A stretch of DNA of 64,000 nt from an uncultured Verrucomicrobiae bacterium (GTDB lineage: Bacteria > Verrucomicrobiota > Verrucomicrobiia > Chthoniobacterales > Terrimicrobiaceae), in the NCBI GenBank assembly GCA_963706955.1, contig CAVPOC010000003.1, positions 608,001 through 672,000 of the forward strand, written 5' to 3'. A model generated the notes under the pieces. That model ran no database searches. It saw only the letters and a list, made by a program, of their open reading frames with translations, and was not told the DNA's origin. Numbering within the stretch: the stretch's first letter is position 1; each line of letters opens with the position of its first letter. The translations under genes and the position numbers were made by a program. Shown piece after piece: positions 30,925-42,313 of this stretch.

Positions 30925-31597
30925 TCAACCTGCCGGCGTGAAGCCTGGCACAATATCAAATTTGGCGACGAGCTCTCCGATCCGCGATCCTGCAACCGGC
31001 GCAAAATGCCACCGTCACTGCAGCTTGAGCATCTGCATCGCCGATCGAGCGATAAAGACCATCACGCAAGTTGCCCGGATGGCCTTGAATGTAGAGCTGC
31101 GTACTCCAGGCAGGCCGACCCTTCACTTTCACCATGAAGTGAATATGTGGCGCATGACGACTCGGATACGGGACAGGTTTGATGGTGCGAAAATAATACT
31201 CGCCGGTTGATCCGGTCAGAAAGCGGCCAAACCCTTGGAAGTTGGGATCGAAGCTCCCGGCCGGACGATGACTCCGTTCTTTCAAATAGGTAGCCGTGCT
31301 ATCGACTTGCCAAATCTCAATGAGCGCATCACGGACCGGCTCGCCTCTGCTATCGAGAATCCGTCCGCTCAAATGGGTGATCTGCCCAACCGCTGGGGTG
31401 ATCGAGTCGTTGACAATGATAAGATCGTTATCAGTGTCGCGCGGGAGCTTGTCGGGATAGAGTGGCCCAACGGTCATCTCGGGCGTCCTGCGCATCAGCT
31501 CTTCAGCAAAGAGGCCTGGCACGGTAAAATAACTCGCTGTCACCGCCGCCGCCTGCAGGAAACGACGCCGCGTAAGGTCAGAAGCCGACCGCTCCAT
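30925..31597 (-). CDS. Intradiol ring-cleavage dioxygenase-like protein with Tat signal (indel near the 3' end)
   Basis: TRRRFL; GPLYP; EIWQ; NFQGFGR; FRTIKPVPY; PHIH; TQLY. Confidence 0.85.
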
Positions 31598-31707
31598 GAC
31601 TTAATAAACGCCACATCCGTGGGATGTATAGTGCCCGCTGATCAATTGGGTTGAACAATTCCTCTGGCGCGACAGCGGAATGATCTGTTCAATCAGCGGC
31701 CTTTCCT

Positions 31708-34700
31708 ATGAGCAGGCCGTCGCGCTTCCGCCTCCTGGCAATATTGCTGGCCATGGCAATCCTTCCTTTGTGCATCCGTGCCGAGACAACTTCTCCCTCC
31801 AAAGAAATTCCCGGCCCGCTGCGAGGCTGGGAGCAGTGGGCGACCTGGGATGATGCGGATCGCGTCTGTCCCACGCCCTATCGAGATCCCGACAAGCCGC
31901 TTTGTTTTTGGCCCTCGCGTTTGACGCTGGAGATCGAGCCCACGGTCGGCCGCTTCGAGCTTGAGGTCACCGTCTTTAGCGAGTCATGGGTGCCGCTGCC
32001 GGGGGATGGAACGGCCTGGCCATACGAGGTGAAGGCGAACGGGGTCGTGCAGCCGATCGTCGAGCACGATGAACGACCTTCAGTGAAGTTGCCGGCAGGG
32101 GTATTTCGACTCGAAGGCAACTATCGCTGGAGCGAAGTTCCGGCCAAACTGGCGATTCCAAAGGAAATTGGCATGCTCGTGCTGACGCTTCAGGGCGCCG
32201 TCGTCGAATCGCCCGCGTGGGACGCAGAGGGCAACCTCTGGCTAAGACGAGACGGTGCCGCCGAGCAGGCCGAGGCAGATTTTCTCGGCATCAAAGTCTA
32301 TGCCGTCCTCGAAGATGGCATTCCGCTTTGGCTTCGGAGCGAGATCGAGCTGAGCGTTTCGGGAAAAAATCGAGAAGAACAGATCGGTTCAATTCTGCCG
32401 GAAGGCTGGAAGCTTGCGGCGGTCGATAGTCCGATTCCCGTGGCAGTGGATGATGCCGGCCAAATGAAAGCCCAAGTGCGTCCCGGCAAGTGGATCGTGC
32501 ATCTGGACGCATTCCGTCTCGATAATGCCAAGGAAATCCGCTATGCGCCAGATGCCAGACCAGCGGTGGCGGAAGAATTGATCGGCTTTCGCGCTAACCC
32601 GGAGTTGCGCATGGTTGAGATTCTCGGAGCGCTCCCCCGTCGACGTCTCACAAACGACTTTTCCCGAGCGATGGCGGGACCTGCCCGTTTACCGTTGGCT
32701 AACTTCGTCGCCGCTGCGCATCGAAGAGCGGATGCGCGGAATGGGCACTCAGAAGCCGGAAGGCTTAAGGATCAGCCGTTCGCTGTGGCTGGATGAAAAC
32801 GGACGCGGAATCACTTTCCGCGATAACATAGCGGGTCAGATGCAGCAGATCTGGCGCCTGGATACAGCTCCGGGGCAGGATCTCGGATCGGTCCTCTCGG
32901 ATGGCCAGGGCCTGCTGATCACGCGCAATGCCAAAAGCGGAGCTGCAGGCGTCGAAATTCGCTCGCGCAATCTCAACCTTGAGGCCACCGGACGCATCGA
33001 ACACACGAGTGAACTTCCCGCATCAGGCTGGCAGGCAGACACCGATGCGTTGAACGTTACCCTTAATATTCCTCCTGGGTGGCGTCTTCTTGCGCTGTTC
33101 GGGGCAGATTGGGTCCGTGGAGATTGGCTGACTGCCTGGAGCCTGCTCGACCTTTTTCTTCTTCTGGTTTTTTCCCTGGCTGTCTTTCGCCTTTGGGGTC
33201 TGCGAACCGCTATCCTCGCTTTGCTCGCGTTCGGTCTCTCTTACCAGGAACCTGGAGCGCCGCGCTACGTTTGGCTGGTCCTGCTGATGCCTCTAGCCTT
33301 GCTTCGCGTGGTCCCAGCTGGCTGGGGACGCCGTCTCGTCAACGTCTGGAAATGGATCGCGATCGCGGCGCTGGTTTTCTTGCTGGTTCCGTTCGTGGCC
33401 AGACAAGTGCAGCAGGCATTGTACCCTCAACTTGAGTTTGTTGACGCGGTCCAGCCACTGTCCTCCCAGCGATTTGAAGCAGTCGACGTGCAGGCCGCCC
33501 CGCCGTCCGAGGCCGCCGACGAAGCCCGCGCGAAAGCGGCTGCGCCCCGCCGGGTCGCCCCGCCAAAGCTAGACAGCAATCTCGTGTATGAGCCGAACGC
33601 CCGCATCCAGACGGGGCCCGGTGTCCCCAACTGGACGTGGCGGGTGGCGACCTTTGGATGGAATGGACCGGTGCTGGCCTCGCAGAAGGTTCGTCCAATC
33701 CTCATTTCGCTTCTCGTCGAGCGCACGTTGACTGTGCTGCGTGTAATGCTTTTGCTCGCGCTGGCCTATATTCTTCTGAATGCTCGTCGAGCGCGGCCCT
33801 TGATCTTCGGACAGGCGGCCCGGGCAGGGATTTTCGCCCTCGTCCTTACTGGTTCGGCACTTCCCGGACAGGCACAGCTGCCCGATCAAGAGATGATAAA
33901 TACGCTGCGTAAGCGCCTGCTCGAGCGTTCCGACGCTTACCCCCATGCGGCTGACATTCCCTCTATTGCCGTCAAGTTGGACGATCGTCGCATGATCATC
34001 GATGCCGAGGTCCATGCCGCCATTCGCACGGCAGTTCCCCTGCCCGGGCATTTCCCTGGGTGGACTCCGACCTCGGTGCTCGTGGAGGAAGAACCGCAGG
34101 CACCCGTCCGCCGTGACGACAACTACCTCTGGGTCGTCGTCCCTCAGGGTGTCCACAAAGTGCACATCGAGGGAGTCCTGGCGGATGCCGAGGAATGGCA
34201 GCTGACATTTACGCTGAAGCCTCGCCAGATCACCATCGATGCGCCGGACTGGAACGTCAGCGGAGTCGGGCCGGACGGCGTCCCGGAGGAACAAATTTTC
34301 TTTGTTCGAAAGAGCAGGTCCACCACCGGAGAAGCAAGGTACGATCGACAGGAATTTCACACGGTTGCCGCCATCGAACGAAACCTGCAGCTTGGCCTCG
34401 CGTGGCAAGTGCGCTCGACAGCAAGGCGACTCTCACCGCCTGGCACAGCCATTGCCCTTCGCGTTCCTCTGCTGCCAGGCGAGAAGGTCCTTTCGGCCAA
34501 CACGAACGTAAAAGACAACATGATCGAAGTGCGCTTGGGGGCGAACGATTCAGAGTTCGTCTGGGAAAGCGAACTGGGGATGACGGATCAGATCAGCCTA
34601 ACTGCGAAGACCGACGCCACCTGGGTCGAACAATGGCGTCTGGTCGCCTCGCCCGTCTGGAACATCGACATTTCTGGTCTCGCACCGACTTTCGATCCGA

Positions 34701-35732
34701 GTAATCCGGAGCTCGTCCCAATCTGGTACCCTTGGCCTGGAGAAGCCGCTCAGCTGTCGATAAGCCGGCCAGAGGCCATTCCAGGACCGACCGTAACTAT
34801 CAACAGCGTCCAGCATGAGATCGCGCTCGGTAAACGGCAGCGCGTTTCGAGGCTGGACCTCTCGATCAGAAGCAGCCTCGGCGAAGACTTCCTGGTAGAT
34901 TTGCCTGCCGAGGCCGAAATCACTTCCCTTACGCAGAGCGGAAGAACGATCCCCGTCCGCAAGGACGGGACAAAACTCATTGTGCCTCTTCAACCGGGCG
35001 AGCAGCCGGTATCGGTGGGATGGAAAATCGACCGCACGCTCGGGCTTTTTCCGACTGCCGAGCAGGTTCGACTCCCTGTTCCGAGTGCGAATATCGAGAC
35101 CTCAATGCGCATCCCCGACGACCGGTGGATCCTCTGGGCGCACGGTCCTCTCCGCGGTCCCGCTGTGAGATTCTGGAGCATCCTGGCTTGCGCATTGATC
35201 GCAGCATGGGTGCTGGGTCGAATTTCGACCTCTCCGCTGCGATCCTTCGAATGGATGCTTCTCGCCATCGGACTCACCCAGGTTCCATTGCCGGCCGCCC
35301 TGGCCGTAGTCGGATGGTTGTTTTTCCTCGCCTGGCGAGGGCGGCCTTCATTCCTCGTCCCTTCCCGCATGGGGCTTCAATTTGCTTCAACTCTTGTTAA
35401 TCGCTTTGACGGCGGTGACTCTCGTCATCTTTGTGGCCGTGGTGGCAGCGGGTCTCCTGGGCAGTCCGGAAATGTTTATCTTGGGCAATGGCTCCCACCG
35501 GACGCTGCTTCGCTGGTATCAAGCGCGATCCGAGGCGGAGCTGCCCACGCCTGGATGTTTTGCAGTTTCCATCTGGTGGTATCGGATTCTCATGCTCGCC
35601 TGGGCTCTCTGGTTGGCAGCATCGCTCATTCGATGGCTCCGCTGGGCTTGGCACCAATTCGGCGGTGGAGGATACTTCCGAAAGATGGGAAAGAAGGCGC
35701 TCACGCCGCCGCCACTGCCTACTCAGGGGTAG
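31708..35732 (+). CDS. Very large (~1340 aa) multi-pass membrane protein of unknown function (indels at ~32635 and ~35360)
   Basis: Three overlapping ORFs (31708-32796, 32615-35809, 35382-35732) join into signal peptide + beta-rich domain + TM bundle, occurring twice. Confidence 0.75.
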
Positions 35733-35789
35733 AGCAGTCGCGAAGGACATCGTGCATTCTTGTGGCCAAACCGCTACTGCGTTCAGAAG

Positions 35790-35875
35790 TGTTAAGTTTT
35801 AAGTCTTAAGTTTTAAGAGGGAGTACCCTGCGGATGAGTTGCGTTTGCCTTAAACTTAAAACTTTAAACATAAAT
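35790..35875. repeat. Inverted pair of AT-rich heptamer tandem repeats
   Basis: tgttaag-ttttaag-tcttaag-ttttaag ... cttaaa-cttaaaa-ctttaaa-cataaa between convergent genes. Confidence 0.75.
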
Positions 35876-35878
35876 TGT

Positions 35879-37171
35879 TCAGAGGCTATCGGGGTGCCAG
35901 CGCTGCCAATGATCGGCGTGCGTTGAAAGATAGGCGCCCTGCTTGAAAAATCGGTCATAAAACTCCAAATCGAGGTGATGAGCCTGGAGGTAGATAGTCG
36001 CGATCAGGCTTGGCACCGTTCCGGGAAACTTGCCGAAGGTGTCAAAGATGTACTGCGCCTGCAATGCCACACACGCACGAAAATCCTCGCTATGCACCTC
36101 GGCCGCCGAGCGCACAGTCGGCGAGTCCTTCCAGGGTCCAGGAGTCTCCGCATGGAATGGGCCGCCCCGGCCGAACTTGCGTTCGCAAAGCGTATCAACG
36201 GCCGCCCGCATATCTGCGAAATGGGGCGGGCAATAGGCCTCCATGACATCCTCGAGCCCGGTCGGATTCGGGTAGGGCCATCGAGCATCTGTGTCGAAAC
36301 GGAAACCCATTCCGGGAACCTCCGGCGTTCCACTGGCGCCGAGAACACTAAACGGATCGATCCCGTTGAACATCCATCCGCCAAGTCCCATCGCTTGAAG
36401 AAGAAGCGCGCCCGCGTAGCAGCTCGTCGCCAGCTCGGCGGTCACTTCGGTAAGGGACCATTGTTCGACAAAAGTCAGCGGCCAAGTGTTCTCGACATTG
36501 ACGATGTGCTTGAATTTCTCGATGCCGGGGATGGCTCTTCCGTTGATGTCGTCGCGCACAACAGACCCATTCTGCAGGAAGTAGCAAAGGGCAAGGAGCA
36601 CATGCTGCGCGAGATCGGCGACAGGGATGACCAGGAGTGTTCCGGGACCGTTGGCTACCCAGGTATTGTGCGGCTCCATGAAAGGAGGCTTCTGCGGAAG
36701 CCCTAGGCGGCCGTCCCTTATCTTGCGAATACGCTTGCGAACATCTGCCAACACGGCCTCAAGGTCGAGCGAGCCGTCGTCTTGCCTCTCTGCACTGGCC
36801 GGCGCGTCGCGATTATCCAAGACGTAGACGCCCTCGTCGTCGGTGAAGAATGTTTTGCTGGTATGAAAGCCCGCTGCGGAAGGAAATGATCGTCCAGAGG
36901 CCGCACCGGCGTAGTTGGAGAGATGTGGCGCGTAGAGCTCGGCACGAAAAATCATGTGATGCCAACCCGTATTCCCGCCGCATGCCAAAATGACGAGCAG
37001 CTTTTCGAGCTCCGAAAGAGGAACAGGATCATGGCGGGATTTGTAGGCCAGCACGCCATCTGGGATCTCTGCGCCCATAAAAAAGCGCCGTGACCGCCGG
37101 CCCAGTAGGGCTCTAACCAACGGGAAGTTGAGCATGTCTCCAAAACCGGGTGGAAATGTTGCTTGATCCAT
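35879..37171 (-). CDS. Hypothetical ~430-aa protein with nitroreductase-like motifs
   Basis: Long uninterrupted ORF with RRSRRF, RSFPSA and QAMGLGGW. Start is 37171 or 37201. Confidence 0.7.
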   Translation of the reverse strand: MDQATFPPGFGDMLNFPLVRALLGRRSRRFFMGAEIPDGVLAYKSRHDPVPLSELEKLLVILACGGNTGWHHMIFRAELYAPHLSNYAGAASGRSFPSAAGFHTSKTFFTDDEGVYVLDNRDAPASAERQDDGSLDLEAVLADVRKRIRKIRDGRLGLPQKPPFMEPHNTWVANGPGTLLVIPVADLAQHVLLALCYFLQNGSVVRDDINGRAIPGIEKFKHIVNVENTWPLTFVEQWSLTEVTAELATSCYAGALLLQAMGLGGWMFNGIDPFSVLGASGTPEVPGMGFRFDTDARWPYPNPTGLEDVMEAYCPPHFADMRAAVDTLCERKFGRGGPFHAETPGPWKDSPTVRSAAEVHSEDFRACVALQAQYIFDTFGKFPGTVPSLIATIYLQAHHLDLEFYDRFFKQGAYLSTHADHWQRWHPDSL

Positions 37172-37265
37172 AGTCTTCCCCACATACTCCCTCCGGGACA
37201 TTCCCGTCAAAACTCCTCTCGATGTGAAGTTCCGGAAGACCTGTGCAAGCATCCCGTGAGAACTT

Positions 37266-37604
37266 CTATCGATGCCACGCTTGGACCGGGCGCAAAGTCA
37301 TCGCTTTCCTGGGAGCTTGAAGCAGATCAGGAAGCATCTCCTCATAACGTTTCCGATAATCTTTCATCTGATTTCTGACAAACGCTTCCAGCGACGGCTC
37401 TCGCCATCTCTCGTACAGGGTGAACATACTTGGATCTCCTGTGCTTTGATCCAGTAGACAGGTCACGAAAGCGTCCTCCTGCGACATACGATCGATCAGC
37501 TCGATGACTGCTCTCTCCCAGTCTTCGACACGCTCTGGCTTGAGATGAAGCTGCACAATGAACACCAGCTCGTCGTCGGACGGAATTTCATTCCTTTCAC
37601 TCAT
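37266..37604 (-). CDS. ABM-family (putative quinol) monooxygenase
   Basis: IVQLHLKPE..DP..FTLYERW pattern; likely ATG 37604. Confidence 0.8.
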   Translation of the reverse strand: MSERNEIPSDDELVFIVQLHLKPERVEDWERAVIELIDRMSQEDAFVTCLLDQSTGDPSMFTLYERWREPSLEAFVRNQMKDYRKRYEEMLPDLLQAPRKAMTLRPVQAWHR

Positions 37605-37886
37605 GGTCGTCTCTCCACAATGAATCTGCGTCCAACTATCTTTACTGTCGTCGGCTCGTCCAAGCAAACGTTGACCTATGGTGAGGACGATCGAAAGGAA
37701 TGGAAGAAAACGTCGTAGTCGCGATACCGCCCTTGCCGACGCAGAGTTAGAGCGTTTCTCAGACATTCAGAAACATGTGGAAGCGCCCTCACAACTCGTC
37801 GATTTTTGATACGGTAGAAAGCCCGCTTTCTGCAAAGAGAAGACTCCGGTGTGGCGAAGACCTCGGGCTTCTGCTAGCGGAAGCAT

Positions 37887-38768
37887 ATGTCGGTGCCCCA
37901 AAACACCATCGCGATCATTTACGATTACGATCAGACGCTCTCGCCTGCTTACATGCAGGAAGAGGCAATCTTTCCGGTCTTCGGGATCAACCCGGAGAAG
38001 TTCTGGAGGCGATGCGCCGAATTGGTGAAAGACGACGGCTACGACAACGAGTTGGCCTACATGAAGGTGTTGCTCGACTCTCTCGAGATGGATCGTCCGA
38101 CCACGGCTGAACTTCGCAGCCTGGGAAGCCGCCTCACATTTTACAAGGGATTGCCTGAGATGTTCGAAGAGTTCAAGCACGACCTGCTTTCCCCGGAACA
38201 TACGACTCACGGCATTACCGTCGAACATTACATCGTCTCCTCGGGACTGAAGGCGATCCTCGACGGCTGCGAGCTCGCTCCCTACGTCCGAGCGATCTTT
38301 GGCTGCGAGTTTGCGGAGGACTCACAAGGAAGAATCACTTTCCCGCGCCGTGTCATCAGTCACACCCAAAAGACACAGTTCTTGTTTCGGATCAACAAGG
38401 GCATGCTCGACATGAGCCAGGATGTAAACGACCACATGCCGCCAGAACTCCGCCCGATCCCGTTCCCCAACATGATTTACGTCGGTGACGGTCCCACAGA
38501 CGTGCCGTGCTTCACCGTGATGCGCCGCAACGGAGGCCAGGCGATCGCTGTCTACAATCCGGAAGATCCCTCGCGCTTGAGTTTCAAAAAATGCTACCAG
38601 CTCTGCACGCGCGCGGACAGGGTCCGAAACATTGCCCCTTCAGATTTTCGTCGTGGGAGTCACCTGCGCTTGCTCATCGAGGAAATGGTCCACGAAATCG
38701 CTAACCAAATGATCCAACATCGCCGCAATGAACTCGAAGCGGGAACAGTCCGCGCGCCCCGCTATTAG
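37887..38768 (+). CDS. HAD-superfamily hydrolase
   Basis: DYDQT (motif I), VSSG (II), K (III) and GDGPTD (IV). Confidence 0.88.
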   Translation: MSVPQNTIAIIYDYDQTLSPAYMQEEAIFPVFGINPEKFWRRCAELVKDDGYDNELAYMKVLLDSLEMDRPTTAELRSLGSRLTFYKGLPEMFEEFKHDLLSPEHTTHGITVEHYIVSSGLKAILDGCELAPYVRAIFGCEFAEDSQGRITFPRRVISHTQKTQFLFRINKGMLDMSQDVNDHMPPELRPIPFPNMIYVGDGPTDVPCFTVMRRNGGQAIAVYNPEDPSRLSFKKCYQLCTRADRVRNIAPSDFRRGSHLRLLIEEMVHEIANQMIQHRRNELEAGTVRAPRY

Positions 38769-38815
38769 ATTCGCTAATTGGCGACGATCAATTGCGATCG
38801 TCTGGACTGCCGCGC

Positions 38816-38876
38816 TGTAGCGGCGGTGTCCCCACCGCCGGGGGAAGCCCTTCGACGATGGGGACATCGTCGCTAC
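38816..38876. repeat. Intact GTAG-type REP inverted pair (REPIN-like)
   Basis: TGTAG-CGGCGGTG-TCCC-CACCGCCG on + and TGTAG-CGACGATG-TCCC-CATCGTCG on -. Further hairpins lie at 38783-38802 and 38963-38982. Confidence 0.82.
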
Positions 38877-39006
38877 AAAAAGAATGGTGCGCACACCGCG
38901 CTATTAGCATTTGGTTGAGCAATAATCTCTCCGCTACAATGAATTCGGAAAAGATTTGCGGAGGCGTTTGTGCCAAACCGCCATACAACTCGTCCAGTTC
39001 GCCTAA

Positions 39007-41100
39007 TTAATCCTGTCCGGCTTGGATGGCGGTAATGGCGATCGTGTAAACGATGTCCTCGACCAGCGCGCCGCGGGAGAGATCGTTGACCGGGCGTCGG
39101 AGCCCCTGGAGCATCGGACCGATGCTGATCACATTGGCGCTGCGCTGGACAGCTTTGTAGGTGGTATTTCCCGTGTTCAGATCGGGAAAAATGAAGACGG
39201 TGGCACGGCCAGCGACCGGACTATCGGGCGCTTTGGTGGCGGCAACATCCGCCATCGATGCGGCATCATACTGGAGGGGTCCATCAAGCAACAAATCGGG
39301 CCGCTTGGTTTTGGCAATGCGGGTCGCTTCGCGCACCTTGTCGACGTCAGCGCCTGAGCCCGACTCGCCGGTTGAATAGCTAATCATCGCCACGCGTGCA
39401 GGAATCCCAAACCGCTCCGCGGAGTCAGCGCTTTGAATGGCAATATCGGCGAGCGTTTCGGCGTTGGGATCGGGATTCACCGCGCAATCGCCATACACCA
39501 GGACCTGGTCGGGAAGGCACATGAAAAAGATCGAGGAGACGACCTTCGCACCTGGCTTTGTCTTGATGATCTGCAGAGCTGGACGAATCGTATTGGCAGT
39601 CGAGTGCACTGCGCCGGAGACCAAACCATCCACCTCGGCTTGCGCCAGCATGACAGTGCCGAGCCAGACATTGTCCTTGAGCAGTTCGGCTGCGTCGTCC
39701 GGGGTGAGTCCCTTGTGCTTGCGCATCTCCACCAGCGGACCGACACAGTTCGCCCGGAGCAGCGAAGGGTCGAGGATTTCGAGGTTCTTTGGCAGTTCGA
39801 CCTCCAGGCCCGCAGCGACCCGTTGGATTTCCTCGGGATTTCCGAGCAGGACACAGCGGGCGATATTTCGCTGCGCGCAGAGCGCCGCCGCGCGAATTGT
39901 CCGCGGCTCATCGCCCTCGGGAAGGACGATTCGTTTCTCCGCCGCTCGAGCACGCTCGGTGACTCGATAGCAAAATGCCGCCGGCGACATACGGGTTTCG
40001 ACGGGAATGGCGGCGCGCGAAGCGATCCAGTCGGCATCAATGTAAAGGGCGACGTGATCCATCCCCAGTTGAACGCGTTCGATATCGTCTTCCGGGACCT
40101 CAGGGTCCATCTGATGGAGGCGGGTGGCCGTCTCCCAGCTGTTCGATTCGACTCGGATCACGGGCAGGCCAGTTTCCAACCCGGGTGCACTCAGGTTCCA
40201 GACGCGCTGATCCAGGTCAAACCCTCCCGTGAGCACCAGCCCGGCAATGGGAGTCTTCAAGGCGGCCAAGGCCACGGCCATGATTACGTCGCTGCGATCA
40301 ACTGGCGTCACCAAGATCGTCCCCGCCTGAAAGGTATGGAGCATATTGGGAACGGTGCGTGCCAGCACCGAAATTTTCTTTACCCGACGGCTCTGAATTT
40401 CGCCCTCGTGCAACACCTCACCGCCAAGGTGGCGGGCGATATCGATCGCGCGACAGGCCGTGAGGTCCGGATTTGGCGGGATGGCTCCGATCAGGTGGAA
40501 GCTGCCGCGCTCCAGCAGCCGGCTTTTCGCCGCGAGCGAGTCTCGAAGGGCATTCAGCGGCAGCTTTTGCGGGTCGGGCACATGATTGATGATGCAGCCG
40601 ATGATCGTGCCGGAATTCAGCCCTCCGTACTGAGTGGCAGCGACTTCCAAACGTTCGTCGAACTCCTCGATGGATAATCCGGCGAGCGATCCGGCCAGGA
40701 TGACCTGGGCACTCAGAGTTCTGACGAGCTGCACGTTGAGCGCGGCTCCAATCGGCATATCAGAAGAATGGGCCAGACCTTCAACCACGACGACGTCAGC
40801 GTTTGCGGACGATTCGTGAAAATCGCGCATCACGCGCTCCATCAACTCGTCGGTCCGATCAGAGGAAATCAGCCGTTCGGCTTCGTCCAAGGAAATGGGA
40901 AGCGGGGGCCGCAAGCTCGTCGTAGCGCGGACAAAATGTGTGGAACGCTCGGGTCCTGTGGTATGGGCGGCCGGTTGCCCGATAGGTTTGCAGAAGGCGA
41001 CGCGCACGCCGCGGTTGTCGAGCGCACGCACAAGCCCGAGAGCGACGGAGGTAAGCCCGACTTTGGCTCCGCAGGGAGCGAGGTAAAGCGTGTGAGGCAT
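39007..41100 (-). CDS. pta: Phosphate acetyltransferase, long form with BioD-like and DRTGG-like domains
   Basis: VLPEG, DCAVNP, GPLQYDAA and PVNDLSRG motifs. Confidence 0.96.
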   Translation of the reverse strand: MPHTLYLAPCGAKVGLTSVALGLVRALDNRGVRVAFCKPIGQPAAHTTGPERSTHFVRATTSLRPPLPISLDEAERLISSDRTDELMERVMRDFHESSANADVVVVEGLAHSSDMPIGAALNVQLVRTLSAQVILAGSLAGLSIEEFDERLEVAATQYGGLNSGTIIGCIINHVPDPQKLPLNALRDSLAAKSRLLERGSFHLIGAIPPNPDLTACRAIDIARHLGGEVLHEGEIQSRRVKKISVLARTVPNMLHTFQAGTILVTPVDRSDVIMAVALAALKTPIAGLVLTGGFDLDQRVWNLSAPGLETGLPVIRVESNSWETATRLHQMDPEVPEDDIERVQLGMDHVALYIDADWIASRAAIPVETRMSPAAFCYRVTERARAAEKRIVLPEGDEPRTIRAAALCAQRNIARCVLLGNPEEIQRVAAGLEVELPKNLEILDPSLLRANCVGPLVEMRKHKGLTPDDAAELLKDNVWLGTVMLAQAEVDGLVSGAVHSTANTIRPALQIIKTKPGAKVVSSIFFMCLPDQVLVYGDCAVNPDPNAETLADIAIQSADSAERFGIPARVAMISYSTGESGSGADVDKVREATRIAKTKRPDLLLDGPLQYDAASMADVAATKAPDSPVAGRATVFIFPDLNTGNTTYKAVQRSANVISIGPMLQGLRRPVNDLSRGALVEDIVYTIAITAIQAGQD

Positions 41101-41118
41101 TTGGAACTTGGGGTTGAA

Positions 41119-42291
41119 TTAAAGAAACCGTGACGTCTCGCGCGCGATGACGAGTTCTTCGTTGGTGGCGACCACGAGCGCGAGCAGTCCGGAGTCTTCG
41201 GTGGTGATCCTTCCGGCAGCGGACGCGCCGTTCTGCTCGTTGAGCTCCGAGTCAATCTTAGCTCCGAGAACACGAAGATTTTCGACCGTTCTTGTCCGAA
41301 CCGGAGCAGAGTTTTCGCCAATGCCACCCGTGAAGATCAGGGCATCAATGCGGTCGAGGCTGGCGCTCAGGCCCAGAATGGCTTTAGCCAACCGATAGCA
41401 GAATACGTCGACGGCAAGGTCCGCCCGGGTATTGCCGTCATTGATCGCCTGCACAAGGGTGCGCATGTCGTTGCTCAAACCGGAAATGCCGAGCAGGCCG
41501 CTTTCACGATTCAGAATGTTCGTTATCCCCGCCAAGTCGTAGTCGATGCGTCGGGACAGGTAGTCATGAAGATTCGGATCCACGTCTCCGCTTCGAGTTC
41601 CCATCACGAGTCCCTCCAGAGGTGTCAAGCCCATGGTCGTGTCAACACTGTGGCCTTCCTTGATCGCGCAGGCGCTGCAGCCGTTGCCAAGATGTGCGGT
41701 AATCAAGTCGAGCTCCTCGAGCGGCTTCCCAAGAACTTTCGCGGCCTGGCCCGCCACAAATCCATGACTTGTGCCATGGAATCCGTAGCGTCTCACCCTG
41801 AGGCCCTCATAGAAGCGGTACGGAATGGCGTAAAGGTATGCCCGGGGGGGCATCGTTTGATGAAAAGCGGTATCGAAAACCGCCACGTGCGGGACATCCG
41901 GGAAGCGCTGCATGGCAGCACGGATTCCCGTTAAATTGGCCGGATTGTGCAGCGGAGCCAGTTCAATGCATTCATCAATTCCCCGGACCACATTCGGGTC
42001 GATTTTGACACTCTCTTTAAATGCCTCTCCGCCATGAACAACCCGGTGACCGACTCCGACGATTTTGATGTCTCCCATCTCGCGGAGGATCTCGTCCAGA
42101 ACATCGATGTGCTTGGCATTGGGCAGCTCGACTTCATAGTTGACCCCCGCGAGGAACTTCGACTTGAGAGTGGCCTGCGGGGTACTCAAGCGCTCGGCGA
42201 GACCTTGAATCTGCGGCGTTCCATTCTCCGGATCGATGATCGAAAATTTGAGCGATGAGCTTCCGCAATTGATAACGAGAATAAAGGACAT
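41119..42291 (-). CDS. ackA: Acetate kinase
   Basis: INCGSSSLK, GHRVVHGG, APLHNP, YGFHGTSH, FTGGIGEN and TNEE motifs. Confidence 0.97.
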   Translation of the reverse strand: MSFILVINCGSSSLKFSIIDPENGTPQIQGLAERLSTPQATLKSKFLAGVNYEVELPNAKHIDVLDEILREMGDIKIVGVGHRVVHGGEAFKESVKIDPNVVRGIDECIELAPLHNPANLTGIRAAMQRFPDVPHVAVFDTAFHQTMPPRAYLYAIPYRFYEGLRVRRYGFHGTSHGFVAGQAAKVLGKPLEELDLITAHLGNGCSACAIKEGHSVDTTMGLTPLEGLVMGTRSGDVDPNLHDYLSRRIDYDLAGITNILNRESGLLGISGLSNDMRTLVQAINDGNTRADLAVDVFCYRLAKAILGLSASLDRIDALIFTGGIGENSAPVRTRTVENLRVLGAKIDSELNEQNGASAAGRITTEDSGLLALVVATNEELVIARETSRFL

Positions 42292-42313
42292 GGGTCGGGG
42301 GTTGGAAGGTTTG

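Noticed and set aside
35790..35875. CRISPR array or transposon end
   Set aside because: The units are 7 bp without spacers, and there is no cas or transposase gene in the window.
35879..37171. SagB-type dehydrogenase of a RiPP cluster
   Set aside because: No YcaO cyclodehydratase, precursor peptide or dedicated transporter nearby.
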